Source of the DNA: a virus | Lineage: Duplodnaviria; Caudoviricetes | Reading direction: 5' to 3' (one strand) | DNA length: 45,461 nucleotides | Virus record (IMG/VR): IMGVR_UViG_3300002307_000084 | Location: 1 to 45,461 of that record | Made by a program: the position numbers and the translations under genes | The notes under the pieces: generated by a model | Database searches by the model: none | Told to the model about the DNA's origin: nothing | Seen by the model: the letters and a program-made list of their open reading frames with translations, nothing else | Part shown: one piece after another, positions 17,904 through 25,707 of the stretch | Numbering within the stretch: the stretch's first letter is position 1 | Layout: each line of letters opens with the position of its first letter

Positions 17904-19453
17904 CGCAGCAACCCCACTTTGTAAGTTGCGCTGGCTATCGTCTGCGGCGACTCGCTCAGGTTGCACACTTCCACCGTTACCGTATTTGTCGCCGTCACCT
18001 TAGCCGTGGGATGGACGCCGGCCGGAAGTGCAATTGAGACGCCGGGGAACACCACATCGCCGAGCGCCGCGCCTGTCAGCGTGATACTTCCGGCGTTGGC
18101 ACAGTCTCCATCAACGATAGTGCCCAGCGTGACCGTCGTCGTCGCAGACGGCACGCCGAAAGCGGGCGAAGTCGCGCCCTGTACCCATGGCTGGAACTGA
18201 GATCCGGAGCCGCCCGCGATGCGATTGTTCGCGTCGGCATACAGGGTTTGCTGTGCGCTCGTAGCGGTCACACCGAATCCGTTCAGGTCCATTATCCACT
18301 TGGTGGCGGCGTTGATCCAACCATTTACAACGAGACCTGTTCCAGCAACCGCATCGCCGCCGAAATTTATAGTGGTGACCGGAATAGCAGGAGTGCCAAC
18401 GCCACTCGCGACGATCAGGGCAGTACCGCCAGTCAGATTAAAACGCAACGAGCCCACGTTATTCAAAGAACCGGAGTTTGCCCCATTGGGACCAACGCCG
18501 CCAGACCCGTTATAGAAATTCATGATTGTAGAGTTCCCGGCGTTTCCAGGTAGCACGCGAATTGCTGTGCCGGTACCCGATCCGCTGGCCTGTAGGTAAA
18601 GCTGCCCGTTCGTGGCTGGCGAGACAATCGCCATCTGGGACATAATAATGGCCTTCACACTGTCGTCGTAGGTGAAACTCGCCGAACACGAAACGGCACC
18701 GGCGGCGCGAAAAAGGATCTGAGTATCCGAGCAGCCCGACACCAACGGCCCGATCATGTCGGCCGCTACAAGGGCGCGGAAAGTCGGCTGAGCAGCGCCG
18801 CCGGTAGTTGGGCCTGCAAACACCGTGTTTGGGCTCTGAGTCGCCAGGGTCCCCGTCAAGGTACCGCTGGTGGTAACAGGCGATCCAGAGACCGTAAAAA
18901 ATCCGGGCAGCGAGAGGCCAACACTTGTAACTGTGCCGGAACCGCCGCCGCCACCGCTGCAGGAATTCGGCACCCATGAAGACCCGGACCATACCGGACA
19001 TTGCCCGTTTGTGGCGCCGCTCTGCGTCAACTGCGACAGCGTGACGGCAACCGTAGGGCTGGCCGGCAGAGTAGAGACGCAAATTGAACCTAGCGCCACC
19101 GGTGTTGCCGACACCGGAACGGTGCAGTACTGGGTACTGGCGTTCCCGCTGTTTCGCTGGGGAACGTACTTGAACACGTAGGTTGTTCCGGTCGGAGTTG
19201 CTCCGGAATTCGGGGCTAGAGCCAGCGTTCCGATATTGCCGTTCTGCACGTTTATAACGTACTGCCACGCGGAGATGATCGAAGCGTTAGCGCCCACCAT
19301 CACCTGATTGCTGATGAACAACTGCCCGGTGAACAAAACCCCGGAAATCGGGGTGTACACCGGCCCGGTGACGGTCGTAAATGTCGGCTGCGCCATCGCA
19401 CTGCGGCCAGCCAGCAGCACCATTGCCAATGGAATAAGACCGCGCCGATTCAC
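17900..19453 (-). CDS. Exported tail-fibre-like protein (517 aa)
   Basis: MNRRGLIPLAMVLLAGRSAMA|Q; shares a 58-aa module with the tail tip; eight Cys. Confidence 0.75.
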   Translation of the reverse strand: MNRRGLIPLAMVLLAGRSAMAQPTFTTVTGPVYTPISGVLFTGQLFISNQVMVGANASIISAWQYVINVQNGNIGTLALAPNSGATPTGTTYVFKYVPQRNSGNASTQYCTVPVSATPVALGSICVSTLPASPTVAVTLSQLTQSGATNGQCPVWSGSSWVPNSCSGGGGGSGTVTSVGLSLPGFFTVSGSPVTTSGTLTGTLATQSPNTVFAGPTTGGAAQPTFRALVAADMIGPLVSGCSDTQILFRAAGAVSCSASFTYDDSVKAIIMSQMAIVSPATNGQLYLQASGSGTGTAIRVLPGNAGNSTIMNFYNGSGGVGPNGANSGSLNNVGSLRFNLTGGTALIVASGVGTPAIPVTTINFGGDAVAGTGLVVNGWINAATKWIMDLNGFGVTATSAQQTLYADANNRIAGGSGSQFQPWVQGATSPAFGVPSATTTVTLGTIVDGDCANAGSITLTGAALGDVVFPGVSIALPAGVHPTAKVTATNTVTVEVCNLSESPQTIASATYKVGLLR

Positions 19454-19740
19454 GGCTTTACGACTCCGTACTGGATACTCAGCGTGGTTCCGGTCGGAAC
19501 ATAGGCGTAAAGCTGAGCCAGTGAAAAGATATCGTTGAGGTCAACAGATTCCGCCCAGACCATCGTGGGCGAAGACCCGGAAGGCACCAGCAATCCGCGA
19601 GCTGAACTCGTATTAATATCGCCAACGCGCGCTCCAGTTCCACCTGAAGCGCTGAAAGCCAACCAACGCGCTGTTCCTGTATTTGCGATCTGAACTGTGG
19701 CATTCGCCCCTACGATATCGGCTACCGATTTGATTTGCAT
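19450..19740 (-). CDS. Small beta-rich protein, probable virion/capsid accessory
   Basis: First gene after the capsid terminator; GAGG SD; no signal peptide. Confidence 0.65.
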   Translation of the reverse strand: MQIKSVADIVGANATVQIANTGTARWLAFSASGGTGARVGDINTSSARGLLVPSGSSPTMVWAESVDLNDIFSLAQLYAYVPTGTTLSIQYGVVKP

Positions 19741-19755
19741 AATTTCCTCACCCTC

Positions 19756-19804
19756 AAAAAAACTGCGGCGGCCCCGTATCTCCCCCGAGTCACGGAACCG
19801 CCGC
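19756..19804 (-). terminator. Rho-independent terminator after major capsid gene
   Basis: GCGGCGGTTCCGT..ACGGGGCCGCCGC stem followed by T7. Confidence 0.75.
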
Positions 19805-19836
19805 CAATGGTCATAACGCTGCGGAGAATGTCAGCG

Positions 19837-21174
19837 CTACGAACCGCTTCCGTTTGAGCACACCGCCATCAGCGGGTCCAGCAGTGTACCGCCTAGGACG
19901 TGGCGCACCTTGTAATGGATTGCGTCCGTGTCGAAATCGCCGTCCAGCGGGTTGGTGTTCGCGGTACCCGGCAGCGCCGAGGCACCCGGACCCATGCGAC
20001 CCTCGCCGATCTGTACCTGATTCGGCAATTTCATAAACAAGTCCGGGTTTTCGTGACCGCGGAGGAAGTCCATCTCCATTGCCGGGCGCCCGTCGTTCGG
20101 GTCAGCGAACAGATACCATGCCGTGTTGCCGCGGGTGGTGTCCACGATGGGCAGGTAATAGTTGACCGCCACCTTCACGATGTTCTGAGCCCAGTTTTGG
20201 GCCAGCAGGCGCTGCAAGCTGTTCTGGCTCTGAGTGGCGCCGCTGCCGTACAGACCACTGGTGCCGCCCTGATCGTTCATCCAGACCTGGCTGGCGTTCA
20301 GGATGTTCATCGCCACGACTTTCAGGGCGGGAGGAACCACAAGAGTAACCGCCTCAATGCTGATCGGTTCGCCGTCCTGGTCAGTCTGGCTCATCATGAC
20401 GATGAGCGCCTGCTGAAGCGAAGTGATCGACAGCGGGGCATTGTTGGTGGTCACCGCCGCATTGACCGCGCTGGTGAGGATATTTTTGTTGGCGGCGCTG
20501 AAGAATGTCGAATTCGGTCCGGTGCTTGCAACGTAGAGTTCCGTGACCTTCTTTTCTTCCGTGCGCCTGGCTGCGCGGCCAAACCGGGCCGGCGTGTCCT
20601 TTAGCGCGTCGAGATCGTCGTTCACCATGGTTTCCCAGGCAAACGGCATCCGGCGCCCGTACTTGGCCAACTGAACAACGTACTTCGAGTCGTTGAGCTG
20701 GGCTTCGGGATACTCCGTGTCCTGTTCGATTCCGGTTGAACCGGCTTGGCCGCGGATACGGTTTGCAGAGAGACCGGCAGGCGACAGCGGTCCTTCGAGC
20801 ACTGCTGTGCCGCCGTCGACGCGAAAGCGCTTCGCTTGGCGGAAGTCCTGAATGGTACCGCGCTTGCAGTACTGGTTCCAGGTGTACGGCACTTCCTGGT
20901 AGGCCGCCAAAACCTGACGGTCAATGATGTCGCCGAATAGGTTGGGGAAGTCCGAAGTGGTCAGCGATTCACGCAAGCCGCCGCGCATCGCCTGCGAAAA
21001 GTAGAAGGCCGCCATGCGGTCGCCTTCGAGAACGCGCGTGTACAGCCGGGCGACCGCCGTCAGATCGCGTTGGTACTCGCGCGACTGCTGACGTTTGATG
21101 CCGGTCATGCCGGCTTCGGACAGTGACGTCAGCGGAAGGCCGCCGTCGAGGATTTGATCGAGGTGAAAACTCAT
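19837..21174 (-). CDS. Major capsid protein (Mu gpT-like, HK97 fold)
   Basis: TTSDFPNLFGDIIDRQVLAAY, KYGRRMPFAWETMVNDDL, LVVPPAL, AWYLFADP, DFDTDAIHYKVRH. Confidence 0.92.
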   Translation of the reverse strand: MSFHLDQILDGGLPLTSLSEAGMTGIKRQQSREYQRDLTAVARLYTRVLEGDRMAAFYFSQAMRGGLRESLTTSDFPNLFGDIIDRQVLAAYQEVPYTWNQYCKRGTIQDFRQAKRFRVDGGTAVLEGPLSPAGLSANRIRGQAGSTGIEQDTEYPEAQLNDSKYVVQLAKYGRRMPFAWETMVNDDLDALKDTPARFGRAARRTEEKKVTELYVASTGPNSTFFSAANKNILTSAVNAAVTTNNAPLSITSLQQALIVMMSQTDQDGEPISIEAVTLVVPPALKVVAMNILNASQVWMNDQGGTSGLYGSGATQSQNSLQRLLAQNWAQNIVKVAVNYYLPIVDTTRGNTAWYLFADPNDGRPAMEMDFLRGHENPDLFMKLPNQVQIGEGRMGPGASALPGTANTNPLDGDFDTDAIHYKVRHVLGGTLLDPLMAVCSNGSGS

Positions 21175-21205
21175 GATGTTCTGGTTCCTCTTTTCTTTCC
21201 CGGCC

Positions 21206-21646
21206 TCAGCCGTTACCCTTCAGGCGCACGCGGATCGTGCCGGTGCTGCCCGCGGCCAGCGCATCGATAGCGTTACCGAAGTAGGCGCCGGTCGAACTGT
21301 TGGCATTCAGCGTGCAGCCGTACACGCAACCGGTGGTTACGTCGCGGGTGCCACCGTCAGCATAAATACGATCACCGGGATTGATCGCCAGGCTGGAACC
21401 GCCGATGGAACTTTTGGCGACCACTGAAAGCGCGAACACGCCCTCAAAATCCACGCCGACATTGCCCGTTGCCACGCCGGTGGGCGGGGTGTAGTTGTTG
21501 ATTACCACGCCCGCCAGTCCGAAGTTCGGGCTGGAGTTGTTGCCGAACAACAGCGGATCGCCCGCGTTCGGACCCACGCCGCTGTTGGCCGCGGCCGGAA
21601 CCGGCAGGGTAAGCCGGGTGCCGCGCTCATTGACTTTGTTCTGCAT
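21206..21646 (-). CDS. Capsid cement/decoration protein (DUF2190-like)
   Basis: EGVFAL, AINPGDRIY, FGNAIDA..TIRVRL; directly upstream of the capsid gene. Confidence 0.75.
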   Translation of the reverse strand: MQNKVNERGTRLTLPVPAAANSGVGPNAGDPLLFGNNSSPNFGLAGVVINNYTPPTGVATGNVGVDFEGVFALSVVAKSSIGGSSLAINPGDRIYADGGTRDVTTGCVYGCTLNANSSTGAYFGNAIDALAAGSTGTIRVRLKGNG

Positions 21647-23233
21647 TTAGGCCGCCGCCTTTCCGCGCACGAAAGAGGATCGCGCTTCCTTGGTCTTGAT
21701 GCCGAGCACGTCGGCCAGTTCGCCCAGCGTCTCATCGAAGGACTCTTTGACCTTCGCCGGGTCCGTCTGAACCGGAGCACCGCCACCCATGCCGATGACC
21801 ACTGCGTCACCCAGCAGATCGGCCGCGTGTTTCGACTCGCGCGCCAGCATCGACTTCAGCGCTTCGCCGTCGAGTTCGCCTTCGGTAGTAACCGGAGCGG
21901 ATTCGATACAGCGCGCGATGATCGCCGCTTTCGCTTTGGCTGGAAGGCTTACGCCCTCCATGTACGCGCTGGCCTGTTCGCGCGCAAAGATTCCGGCAAC
22001 CTGCTTCGCCATACGGCGATTCGATTCCCGAAGGCTTGTCAGTTCTGCGGAATCCATATCCGCACCTTCCTTTCCTGCGGCGGGTTTCGCCGACTCCGTC
22101 AACATCATTCCGCCCGCGCCAGCCTTCGTCACGAAGTCCACGCTATCGGCGTAGGTCAGTTGCGCCACCACCGGGCGCCCTTCGACCATCTTTCCTTTTT
22201 CTGCCACGCCCGCGGCGCGGATTGAAAGCCCTGTGTGCGGTGCCTTTTCGGCCACGCGCTCCGCGAAATCACTGAAGACCTTCGCCCGCGCATACAGGCC
22301 AGGCCCCTGCTTGCCGTCTTCGAGATAGCGCGCCACGCTGGTCAGCACGCCGGCAAGGTTGTTCAGGTCTCCTTCGGGCCGCTGAGACTCTTCCATGTCC
22401 GTCGCGTGGTTCCAGTACATATGCGTCCCGGCTGTGAAAATCTTCGGGCCGTCGCGCTGCAGAACTTCCTTCGTGTAGTACCCGCAGCTGCCCTTGCCGG
22501 GCGCAATCAACTTGATTTCGTAATCGCTGCGCGCTTCGTTCAGGCGGATGGTGTCAACCATCTCAACCGCCGACTCCACCAGCCGCAGATCGCCAACAGT
22601 GTCGCCGGCCTTCGCCGATTCCTTCGGCTCCGTCTGCCAGGACTTCGGCAGATATTTACCCCAGCCCTTTGCCTTCGCAATGCGCGCGATGTTCTTTTTC
22701 AACGTGGCTGCGTTGTAGTTCTCCGCGCCGGCCCGGCCGATGCTGCGAACCGCGGCCATGACGTCGCCGGGCTTCAAAATTGGGAACGACTTCCCTTTAC
22801 CGGCGAAGCTGGCCGAGTCCGCGGCGTCCCGCTCAGCCTTCGATACCGTGCGCTCCACCAGACGGGCACCATCGGCCACGTACAGCCCAGCGCTTTCCAT
22901 GCTGGTGTAGTGGTCGGCCTCGTCGGCTTCGGGCTCGTACACTGTTCGCGGCAGCACGTCCACGGCGCTTTCCATCTCCAGCGCGCACGTGGGTTTGCCG
23001 TTGATGTCGCTGATCGTGTATGGGATCGATTTCAGGTCACCGTCTACAGAAACAATGGCGTTACCGCTCTCGGAATCGCCAAAGAAGTCCTGTAGATAGC
23101 ACCAGCAGCATTCGCCCGCGGCATCGCTACAGGCGTCGGCGATCCAGCGGTACAGGTCATTGTGGCCGAGCTCTGCGGCTTCCGCCAGCGCCAGAGCGCT
23201 CAAAGTTTCGGCTTGCTCCTTGGTCCGCTTCAT
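21647..23233 (-). CDS. Capsid maturation protease/scaffold fusion with N-terminal extra domains
   Basis: GYYTKEVL, MYWNH, GLSIRA, SVDFVTKAGAGG protease motifs; helical C-terminal scaffold. Confidence 0.8.
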   Translation of the reverse strand: MKRTKEQAETLSALALAEAAELGHNDLYRWIADACSDAAGECCWCYLQDFFGDSESGNAIVSVDGDLKSIPYTISDINGKPTCALEMESAVDVLPRTVYEPEADEADHYTSMESAGLYVADGARLVERTVSKAERDAADSASFAGKGKSFPILKPGDVMAAVRSIGRAGAENYNAATLKKNIARIAKAKGWGKYLPKSWQTEPKESAKAGDTVGDLRLVESAVEMVDTIRLNEARSDYEIKLIAPGKGSCGYYTKEVLQRDGPKIFTAGTHMYWNHATDMEESQRPEGDLNNLAGVLTSVARYLEDGKQGPGLYARAKVFSDFAERVAEKAPHTGLSIRAAGVAEKGKMVEGRPVVAQLTYADSVDFVTKAGAGGMMLTESAKPAAGKEGADMDSAELTSLRESNRRMAKQVAGIFAREQASAYMEGVSLPAKAKAAIIARCIESAPVTTEGELDGEALKSMLARESKHAADLLGDAVVIGMGGGAPVQTDPAKVKESFDETLGELADVLGIKTKEARSSFVRGKAAA

Positions 23234-23270
23234 CCACGGCCATTAAACACCGGAACATATTCGATACAAT

Positions 23271-23288
23271 ACGTTTCACGTGGAACGT
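23271..23288. promoter_or_regulatory. parS-like palindrome ACGTTTCACGTGGAACGT
   Basis: Core GTTTCACGTGGAAC matches the inner 14 bp of the bacterial chromosomal parS consensus. Confidence 0.55.
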
Positions 23289-23525
23289 CCGGTAAAGGTC
23301 TGTCCCGACTGCGAGGCGCAAAAACTCGAGAAACCGGCTTTAACGGTGCCTGGACAGGGTTATTGCCGCGATCACATGACGGTCAGGGCAAGGGAATGGC
23401 GGAAGACGATTGGGAGCCGCAGAGCGCGGGAAGAGGAGCGGGATTTGGTTCTGGCGCTGGTTATTCAGCGCTTAACCGCGGCTGGAATGATGGAAGCCGT
23501 TGCGGTCGTTCAGCGCATCCTGTGA
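23280..23525 (+). CDS. Small putative Zn-binding protein (CPDC...CRDH); only convincing plus-strand gene
   Basis: Fills the gap between minus-strand genes; TACAAT 9 nt before the GTG. Confidence 0.55.
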   Translation: MERPVKVCPDCEAQKLEKPALTVPGQGYCRDHMTVRAREWRKTIGSRRAREEERDLVLALVIQRLTAAGMMEAVAVVQRIL

Positions 23526-24044
23526 CACCCCGATAGCCAGCATTCCGACCAGATCAATGGCCTCAATCGCCGTGCCGATGGTGCGCGGGAACGCCGGCGC
23601 AGCGTAGTAGCAGATCGCCATCGCAGCGCAATATCCGATCAGCGCCCGCGTCACGTTGTCTTTGTACTTGTCCTGCACCATCACCAGCGCCGCAAATATC
23701 TGAACCGCAGCAATACCGCTTTCGATGAACTGTAGCGGTGATTCCGGCCAGCGGTTCGGCAGCACCAGAGCACTGTGAACCACGCCGGCCAGCACCAACG
23801 CAATAGAGACACTACGCACAGTGAACGGCGCGGCTTCGGCCGCCACGGCCAGCAGCAGAAACGCGGCGACGGGCGCGGTCAGCATCCATACGGCGCTGTA
23901 CACCGGCCCATTACTCCTGACGATGAAACACCCCACATTTACCGTCAGGCTGGCCGTGATCCACAGCGCCATCCAGAACCGGCTTGGGAGCGACCACAGC
24001 ATACAGACCTGTACGATGATCACTGCCAGCCAGATCCAGATCAC
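23472..24044 (-). CDS. Multi-pass (about 6-7 TM) membrane protein
   Basis: Successive hydrophobic segments; GTGA-coupled to the upstream peptide. Confidence 0.7.
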   Translation of the reverse strand: MIWIWLAVIIVQVCMLWSLPSRFWMALWITASLTVNVGCFIVRSNGPVYSAVWMLTAPVAAFLLLAVAAEAAPFTVRSVSIALVLAGVVHSALVLPNRWPESPLQFIESGIAAVQIFAALVMVQDKYKDNVTRALIGYCAAMAICYYAAPAFPRTIGTAIEAIDLVGMLAIGVSQDALNDRNGFHHSSRG

Positions 24045-24172
24045 GACTGGTCCGGTCCTTCGCCTGGCCCGGCGGGAGGTGGTGCGTCTCCGGGCGCGGG
24101 TGCCGGCTTTCCCGGTACCGGCTTCGGGTCTTCATGTTCGTGCGGTTCGTTCTTCCAGTCACGATGCGGCAT
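24041..24172 (-). CDS. 43-aa Pro-rich peptide (MPHRDWKNEPHEHEDPKPVPGKPAPAPGDAPPPAGPGEGPDQS), not in ORF track
   Basis: ATG directly after upstream TGA, GAGGA SD-like sequence, stop overlaps next GTG. Confidence 0.6.
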   Translation of the reverse strand: MPHRDWKNEPHEHEDPKPVPGKPAPAPGDAPPPAGPGEGPDQS

Positions 24173-24304
24173 TCAGGTGTCCTCTTCAATTTGTCGTTTC
24201 AGTTCGTCGCGCAAGATGCGGACGTGGTAGCGCTGCCGTGAGATTGCCAGCGCGAGAGCGAGAGCCAGCAGAACGATGACCGCCGCCAGTTCCAACTGGT
24301 CCAT
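24173..24304 (-). CDS. 43-aa single-TM protein (MDQLELAAVIVLLALALALAISRQRYHVRILRDELKRQIEEDT), not in ORF track
   Basis: Hydrophobic N-terminus then charged helix; stop abuts next ATG. Confidence 0.6.
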   Translation of the reverse strand: MDQLELAAVIVLLALALALAISRQRYHVRILRDELKRQIEEDT

Positions 24305-24349
24305 ATCGAAATTGGTAACACGAAAAAGCGTTCCATTTCCGAAACAAAT

Positions 24350-24637
24350 CTAGTGAATAAACTTTGAAATGGTCGTTTCGACCAGCTGCTTGCCTGCCGC
24401 GCCGATCCCCATCGAGCACAGACAAATGACTGGGTACCAGCGTTCGATCACCTTCAGGCGACGGTCCAGAGCTTCGGCCCGCTTCCTGTTATCGTCGGTC
24501 TTTTCCTCAATACGGATTGTTCGTTTTGAGGTCGCATCGGCGCTTTGCTCGATCCGGTCAACGGCGCTTACCACAGCCTGCAACATGAGACGATCAGCCA
24601 GCGTGAACGGGATGATCACTTCCTGGTCTTGCGCCAT
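24350..24637 (-). CDS. Coiled-coil protein with C-terminal hydrophobic segment (lysis-accessory-like)
   Basis: Charged helical N-terminus then WYPVICLCSMGIGAAG; TGnTAGAAT 6 nt upstream. Confidence 0.6.
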   Translation of the reverse strand: MAQDQEVIIPFTLADRLMLQAVVSAVDRIEQSADATSKRTIRIEEKTDDNRKRAEALDRRLKVIERWYPVICLCSMGIGAAGKQLVETTISKFIH

Positions 24638-24649
24638 GCAGAGATTCTA

Positions 24650-24952
24650 TCACCGGCGACCGTCTGCAAGAAACGCCTGTCCTACTCCGGTGATCTGTTC
24701 GGTCATCCCGTCGAACAGATGGCCAATGGATTGCGACATCGCGCCGACCGCTGTTGCCAGCGCCAGCGCGACCACAGCCACGATCAGCGCATACTCCACC
24801 AGGTCCTGGCCATCGTCGCGGCGCCGGAACTGCGCGCGCTTCTGCCGCCCTGCTAGCCAGAGCATCGCCCATGACAGCGCAAGCGGGATCAGGTCGAAAA
24901 TCTTCATCGCCTTCACCCAACCGAGTTCGTTTGCTATCCAGTAAGTTTCCAT
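24650..24952 (-). CDS. flp: Flp/Fap (Tad) pilin-like protein
   Basis: RRDDG|QDLVEYALIVAVVALAL: prepilin Gly(-1), Glu(+5), Tyr(+6), hydrophobic helix, ~52-aa mature length. Confidence 0.8.
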   Translation of the reverse strand: METYWIANELGWVKAMKIFDLIPLALSWAMLWLAGRQKRAQFRRRDDGQDLVEYALIVAVVALALATAVGAMSQSIGHLFDGMTEQITGVGQAFLADGRR

Positions 24953-24961
24953 AGTGCCTCA

Positions 24962-24980
24962 ATCATAGCGCACGTGCGCT
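24962..24980 (-). promoter_or_regulatory. Operator AGCGCACGTGCGCT abutting -10 TATGAT of the pilin gene
   Basis: Perfect 14-bp palindrome 24967-24980; ATG 9 nt after the -10 box. Confidence 0.75.
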
Positions 24981-24982
24981 GA

Positions 24983-25276
24983 TTAGACGTAAACCCGATA
25001 CCGACGCTCCCGATATTCTACAGTGCAATCGCAGTTCGGATGCGCGGGCGGTTCGTCCACGTCCCCGGAAACGCCGTCGAAAACCTCATCGTCACCAATG
25101 TGCCCCATGTCCGCGTTGCCTTCGCATGTCTCGCAGTTGCCGGAAGCGCCGCCGCTGCCCAGCACCCAGACCTTAACGTTTTCCGTGTCGTAGTAGTATT
25201 CGCCTTTGGCCTCGTCCAGCGTCATCCCCAGTTCTTCGAGGATTGCGTCGGCCAGCGCTACGACTTCAGCGGTCAC
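24983..25276 (-). CDS. Short MuF/SPP1 gp7-like head morphogenesis fragment
   Basis: KVW...CETC...PPAHPNCDC motif of the MuF C-terminus. Confidence 0.7.
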   Translation of the reverse strand: MTAEVVALADAILEELGMTLDEAKGEYYYDTENVKVWVLGSGGASGNCETCEGNADMGHIGDDEVFDGVSGDVDEPPAHPNCDCTVEYRERRYRVYV

Positions 25277-25707
25277 GCCGGGATCTCCCGCGGCAGCGAA
25301 CCGGACCACGGCGCCGACTTGCCCGCAGCATCGTAGGACCAGCGCGGCGGCTTCTGGCCAGCTGCTATCGGCCGCACGTCGATATGGATGTACCCTTTCC
25401 GCTCGTCCACTCCAATGCCGCCTTTGGCGATTGCCGGGATGTCCAGAGCCAGCAAATACAGCTGGGCCGCGCCCATCCCGGCTACCCGGATATCGGCCGC
25501 CAGTCCGCGCGTGTGTTCAGAGTTCGGCACGCCGCCGACTTCGGCATTATGCGCCGGACAGCGGTAGGCATCATCTACGATGATCGGCTTGCCGACCAGC
25601 AGCCGCAGTGATTCGAGAGCCCAGACAAGCTCCTGGGTGCAGCGGTTGACGCCGCAGTGCCGGCAACCCAGTTCAGCATCGCTGAAATGCTCAGATGTGG
25701 CGCCCAT
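25273..25707 (-). CDS. Peptidase M15A-type Zn peptidoglycan peptidase (endolysin candidate)
   Basis: HFSDAELGCRHCG, YRCPAHNAEVGG..SEH..GLAADI, YIHIDVR. Confidence 0.88.
   Translation of the reverse strand: MGATSEHFSDAELGCRHCGVNRCTQELVWALESLRLLVGKPIIVDDAYRCPAHNAEVGGVPNSEHTRGLAADIRVAGMGAAQLYLLALDIPAIAKGGIGVDERKGYIHIDVRPIAAGQKPPRWSYDAAGKSAPWSGSLPREIPA

Noticed and set aside
5186-19453. Diversity-generating retroelement or invertible fibre cassette
   Set aside because: No reverse transcriptase or invertase recognised; the shared fibre module is diverged at many positions rather than adenine-specifically
22983-22991. Partial operator matches GCGCACGTG (also 41285-41293)
   Set aside because: Only 9 bp, inside coding sequence, no adjacent promoter elements
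23911-24425. ORF-track ORFs 23911..24189 and 24186..24425
   Set aside because: Two 43-aa ORFs in other frames tile the region with perfect coupling and more plausible composition
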